A stretch of DNA of 28,790 nucleotides from Candidatus Methylomirabilales bacterium (GTDB lineage: Bacteria; Methylomirabilota; Methylomirabilia; Methylomirabilales; CSP1-5), in assembly GCA_046758505.1 (NCBI GenBank), contig JBHIAH010000025.1:1-28790 (forward strand), written 5' to 3'. The notes under the pieces are model-generated. The model had not been told where the DNA came from and did no database searches. It saw only the letters and a program-made list of their open reading frames with translations. The stretch's first letter is position 1. Every line of letters begins with the position of its first letter. Positions 23,922 through 28,790 of this stretch are shown piece by piece. Made by a program: the position numbers and the translations under genes.

Positions 23922-26216
23922 TCACCGTGGCGGGAACGTCGGGCGGGTCTGAGGGGTGAGGGGGCGCGGTGCCGAAACGGGGGGGAACAGTGTCGGTTGG
24001 ACCTGGACCGGCCGCGGTTCGGTCCCCCGGATGAAGTATTCCTGGATCCCGTCGGGATCGTCGGGCGTGGTCGGCTCTCCGGTTTCATGATTGACATACA
24101 TCGAGACGACCCCGTCGGGCACCGGAAAATGCTCCACCGGTGTTCCCTGCAGGATGACCCGCATGAAGTCTATCCAAATCGGAACGGCCAGGTGGGCGCT
24201 GGTTGCGTAAGGGCCCAGCGACCGCTTGATGTCATAGCCGATCCATACCCCGACCACCAGAGACGGGGTGTAGCCGATGAACCAGACATCGGTCGACCTG
24301 TCGGTCGTCCCGGTTTTTGCCGCGAGCGGCCGCTCGAGGACCTTGGCTCGCCTCCCGGTCCCCCGTTCGACCACCCCCTGCAAGACGTGCGTGAGGACAA
24401 AGGCGGTCTCGGGCCGGAGCACCAGCTGAGGCTGCGGGAACCGCTCCTCGAGGATTCCTCCCCTGCTATCCAGAACCTTCTTGATCGTGTAGGGCTCGAC
24501 CCGGTACCCGTTTGTGGCGAAGACCCCGTAGGCCGAGACCATCTCTAGGAGGCTCACTTCCGAAACACCCAGGGCCAAGGCGTACTCCGGGCGGAGGTGG
24601 CTCTTGATCCCGAGACGGTGGGCCATGCGGATGACCGGATTGATCCCGATCTGTTCGATCAGCTTGACGGCAATGATGTTGATGGACTGTTCCAGACCCT
24701 GACGAAGCGTGACGGGCCCGCGGTACTGCTTGTCGTAGTTTTCGGGACTCCATTCGGCGGTTTGTCCGTTGATGATCGTTTCATAGCTGACCGGGCTGTC
24801 GTCCAGGATGGTGGCGGGGGTGAGGCCCATGTCGAACGCGGCGACATAGACGAAGGGCTTGAAGGCTGACCCCGGCTGCCGCCTGGCCTGAATCGCGCGG
24901 TTGAACTTGCTTCGGCGGAAATCGTATCCCCCGACCATAGCCTTGATGGCTCCCTCGCGGGGATTGAGAACCAGGAAGCCCCCTTCGAGCTCAGGCTCTG
25001 GAGCGAGGGCGACCTTGATCTGTTTCTTATCCCGTGTGAGCACGTGCACGAGGATCTGGTCACCGGGCTTGATCGTCTTCTCGAGAGCGGCGAGCCCGAG
25101 CTTTTCGAACGCCCGAAGGGGGACGGTGGTCTCGAAGGCACCCACGTGCATGTGCAGGCGATCGCCGGTACGGCCTGTGACGGTGGCCGCGACGGTTTCC
25201 CCGATGTGGGGCTGTTGCCGGCCGGGCGGTCCGCTCCGGGGAGGCACGGCCCTCAACCGAAGGCCCTTCTCCTTTCCGAGCTTGAGGAGTCCGCGCTTGA
25301 GCGCATACTCTGCCGCCTCTTGCATTTTGAGGTTGAGGGTGGTGTAGACCTTGAGTCCCCTGTGGTACACGGCGTAGGTTCCGTATTTTTCCTCCAGGTA
25401 CCGGCGGGCGTTTTCAACGAAGTACGAGGCGACCTCCTTGGCTTGGGCGAACGCGGCCGTGCTGAAGGGAATGGCCGAGGCGGCCTGGACCTGCTCCGCC
25501 GTGATGAATTTCTCTTGCGCCATGCGCTCCAAGACATGGCGCCGTCGCCTTCGGGCTCGCTCGGGATCGAGGATTGGGGAGTAAAAGTTCGGCGCCCGGG
25601 GGAGGCCAGCGAGCATGGCTGCTTCGGCCAGGTTGAGTTCCCCCACCGACTTCTTGAAGTAGGTCTGGGCCGCGGCCTCGATGCCGTACGCCCCGTGGCC
25701 GAAGTAGATCTGGTTGAAGTAGAGCTCGAGGATCTTGTCCTTCGTGTACTTCCGCTCGATCTTCAGGGTGAGCAAGGCCTCCTTCAGCTTCCGGGAGAGG
25801 CTCTTTTTCGGAGTAAAGAAGAGGACCTTGGCGAGTTGCTGGGTAATCGTGCTCCCTCCCTCGGCGAGGCAGAGGCACTTGAGGTTGGTCCAGAGCGCCC
25901 GGATGATCCCCAGGGGATCCAGGCCGTAGTGCTCGTAGAAACGGCTATCCTCTACGGCAATCAGCGCCTCGCGAAGGTACCGGGGAATCTTGGCCAGGGG
26001 GACGAGAATTCGCCGCTGCTCGTAAAAGGTTGCAAACGGCTTCCCCTGATCGTCGTACAGGGTGGTGACGAGGCTCGGTTGGTACTCCTCGAGGATGTCA
26101 AGGGGTGGCAGGTCTCGAACGTAGGCGGCCACCACGCCCCCGAGGATTCCCGTCGCGGCGACGGCGACCACAGCGATCGTTACGATCAGCCCCCGAGGGA
26201 ATCGTCCGCGCATCAT
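23922..26216 (-). CDS. mrcA: Class A penicillin-binding protein 1A
   Basis: N-terminal TM; transglycosylase EDSRFYEH.G, GGSTITQQLAK, RKLKE; transpeptidase SxxK (PGSAFK), SxN (SIN), KTG. Confidence 0.96.
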   Translation of the reverse strand: MMRGRFPRGLIVTIAVVAVAATGILGGVVAAYVRDLPPLDILEEYQPSLVTTLYDDQGKPFATFYEQRRILVPLAKIPRYLREALIAVEDSRFYEHYGLDPLGIIRALWTNLKCLCLAEGGSTITQQLAKVLFFTPKKSLSRKLKEALLTLKIERKYTKDKILELYFNQIYFGHGAYGIEAAAQTYFKKSVGELNLAEAAMLAGLPRAPNFYSPILDPERARRRRRHVLERMAQEKFITAEQVQAASAIPFSTAAFAQAKEVASYFVENARRYLEEKYGTYAVYHRGLKVYTTLNLKMQEAAEYALKRGLLKLGKEKGLRLRAVPPRSGPPGRQQPHIGETVAATVTGRTGDRLHMHVGAFETTVPLRAFEKLGLAALEKTIKPGDQILVHVLTRDKKQIKVALAPEPELEGGFLVLNPREGAIKAMVGGYDFRRSKFNRAIQARRQPGSAFKPFVYVAAFDMGLTPATILDDSPVSYETIINGQTAEWSPENYDKQYRGPVTLRQGLEQSINIIAVKLIEQIGINPVIRMAHRLGIKSHLRPEYALALGVSEVSLLEMVSAYGVFATNGYRVEPYTIKKVLDSRGGILEERFPQPQLVLRPETAFVLTHVLQGVVERGTGRRAKVLERPLAAKTGTTDRSTDVWFIGYTPSLVVGVWIGYDIKRSLGPYATSAHLAVPIWIDFMRVILQGTPVEHFPVPDGVVSMYVNHETGEPTTPDDPDGIQEYFIRGTEPRPVQVQPTLFPPVSAPRPLTPQTRPTFPPR

Positions 26217-26231
26217 CCTCCATCATCCCCC

Positions 26232-26264
26232 TTGGAAAGGAGCAAGTTGGGAGGTATTATAACA
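26232..26264. promoter_or_regulatory. Candidate bidirectional promoter for tyrS (+) and PBP1A (-)
   Basis: Plus: TTGGAA-N17-TATTAT (26232-26260). Minus: extended -10 TG-T-TATAAT (26264-26256). The two -10 hexamers overlap. Confidence 0.6.
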
Positions 26265-26361
26265 GAGCGAAATTGGCTTCGGCAGGGGTTTTTTCGTTTC
26301 CGGCGAGGTGAGCGGATGGGGAGAAAGCCTGCGCATTCTCCGAGGCATTGAGGGGAGGGCC

Positions 26362-27576
26362 ATGAGAGCGAAGCGCGCCCTGGACGAACAACTGGCCATT
26401 CTCACATCGCGGACCGTTGAGGTGATCAGCCGTGAGGAGCTTCTCCGGAAGCTCACGGAGGGCGGACGCCCCCTTCGGGTGAAACTGGGGATGGATCCCA
26501 CGGCTCCGGATCTGCACCTGGGCCACACGGTTGTCCTGCATAAGCTCCGTCAGTTCCAAGAGCTCGGTCACGAGGTCATCTTCTTGATTGGGGACTTTAC
26601 CGGGATGATCGGGGATCCTTCGGGCCGCTCCGAGACGCGTAAGCCCTTATCGGCTGAGGATGTTGCCCGCAACGCGGCGACGTACCAGGGCCAGCTTTTT
26701 AAGATTCTGGACCCGGAGAAAACGCGTATCGAGTTCAACAGTAAATGGATGGGAGCCATGTCAGGCCAGGGGTTGATTGACCTGGCCTCGAGGTATACGG
26801 TGGCCAGAATGCTCGAGCGGGATGATTTCCAGAACCGGCACCGCGAGGGACTTCCCATTAGCATCCATGAGTTTCTGTACCCCCTGATCCAAGGGTACGA
26901 CTCGGTGGTGCTTCAGGCGGATGTGGAGTTGGGCGGGACCGATCAGAAGTTCAATCTGCTCGTCGGACGGGAACTCCAGAGGGCTTTCGGCCAGGAGCCC
27001 CAGGTGGTTATGACGGTGCCGATCCTCGAAGGATTGGACGGGGTCCATAAGATGTCCAAGAGCTTAGGGAACGCCATCGGCCTGGAAGACAGGCCCCAAG
27101 AGATGTTCGGCAAGGTGATGTCGATCCCGGACACCCTGCTCCTGCGCTACTACGAGCTGACGACGCCCCTGCCTCTGGGCGAGATTACCCGGATCCGCGA
27201 GGGGCTTGAGCAGGGGACCCTGCACCCGCGGGAGGTGAAAGCGAATCTGGGGAAGATCCTGGTGGGTCTCTACCATTCGCCTGAGGCGGCGGGGGTTGCC
27301 GCGCAGGAATTTGATCGGGTCTTTCGGGACCACCAGCTCCCGGAGGAGATTGAGACTGTCGAAATTCCCTCTGCGAGCGGGATCTTCCTGCTTCCCCAGG
27401 TCCTCACGGCGTCCGGTCTAACCACTTCGAACTCCGAGGCGAGGCGTCTCATCCGGCAGGGAGCGGTCGAAGTCGATGGGGACCGGATCTCTGATGAGAA
27501 CCAGGAGCTGCCGACCAACCGCGAGTACCTGATCCGAGTGGGGAAGCGGCGCTTCAAGAAGGTCGCATTTTACTGA
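26362..27576 (+). CDS. tyrS: Tyrosine--tRNA ligase
   Basis: [12 protein letters not shown] (HIGH), IGDPSG, YPL.QGYDS, GGTDQ.FN, KMSKS, C-terminal S4 domain. Start ATG 26362 with SD GGGGAGGG. Confidence 0.98.
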   Translation: MRAKRALDEQLAILTSRTVEVISREELLRKLTEGGRPLRVKLGMDPTAPDLHLGHTVVLHKLRQFQELGHEVIFLIGDFTGMIGDPSGRSETRKPLSAEDVARNAATYQGQLFKILDPEKTRIEFNSKWMGAMSGQGLIDLASRYTVARMLERDDFQNRHREGLPISIHEFLYPLIQGYDSVVLQADVELGGTDQKFNLLVGRELQRAFGQEPQVVMTVPILEGLDGVHKMSKSLGNAIGLEDRPQEMFGKVMSIPDTLLLRYYELTTPLPLGEITRIREGLEQGTLHPREVKANLGKILVGLYHSPEAAGVAAQEFDRVFRDHQLPEEIETVEIPSASGIFLLPQVLTASGLTTSNSEARRLIRQGAVEVDGDRISDENQELPTNREYLIRVGKRRFKKVAFY

Positions 27577-27584
27577 AAAAAAGC

Positions 27585-27613
27585 TTGACATTGTCAAGAA
27601 GTACCTGTATATC
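27585..27613 (+). promoter_or_regulatory. Candidate rrn promoter P1
   Basis: A-tract, then TTGACA-N17-TATATC. Confidence 0.55.
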
Positions 27614-27649
27614 TAGCGTTCTTGGCTGGTACATTCTGCCAGCCCCCCC

Positions 27650-27678
27650 TTGACAGGGGGGGGAATCCAGGCTAAATT
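27650..27678 (+). promoter_or_regulatory. Candidate rrn promoter P2
   Basis: TTGACA-N17-TAAATT. Confidence 0.7.
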
Positions 27679-27750
27679 CTATACTAGGGATATTACTAGG
27701 GATATTGGGCCTCGGGAGCACATCCGGGCCTCCTGCCTTTTTCTCTCTCT

Positions 27751-27763
27751 CGCTCTTTGACAA
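27751..27763 (+). promoter_or_regulatory. rrn antitermination boxA
   Basis: CGCTCTTTGACAA against consensus TGCTCTTTAACA; about 85 nt upstream of 16S and preceded by a GC hairpin. Confidence 0.8.
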
Positions 27764-27845
27764 CAGAATATCGCGTTACCGGCCTACGGGCGGATGGTTC
27801 GTTTCACACGGACCGATTCAGTTTGCCCGTAAGGGCAAGCCGTTC

Positions 27846-28790
<945 letters not shown>

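Overview
GC-rich bacterial chromosomal window, mostly core housekeeping genes. The 16S fragment suggests Methylomirabilota/NC10, which is an unverified inference. Order: purS(partial)-purQ-purL-hom-thrC; a 1,022-bp element in which an HUH/Y1 (RAYT/TnpA-REP-like) transposase with a DnaA-domain-IV-like C-terminal HTH sits between 30-bp terminal inverted repeats; tRNA-Gly/Cys/Leu/Val; thrS-infC(AUC start)-rpmI-rplT-pheS. A 3.7-kb interruption then separates pheS from pheT (YbaK/ProX-type deacylase, plus an opposite-strand DUF898 + M48 peptidase pair with a candidate sigma54 promoter). Then pheT-zapB-zapA-6S RNA-5-FCL-rny-ymdB-folD-beta carbonic anhydrase-DUF2007, a convergent PBP1A, tyrS, and the rrn promoter region with the 5' part of 16S rRNA. 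Most notable: (i) the TIR-bounded HUH element, whose left TIR holds its own -35 and a DnaA-box-like 9-mer; (ii) intergenic palindromes built from tandem 7-nt units of three different sequences; (iii) the split pheS/pheT with structured spacers; (iv) a FolD with both NADP 2'-phosphate determinants replaced; (v) a 6S RNA with a duplicated insert. No CRISPR, prophage or defence island was seen. All calls are by eye, with no database search.
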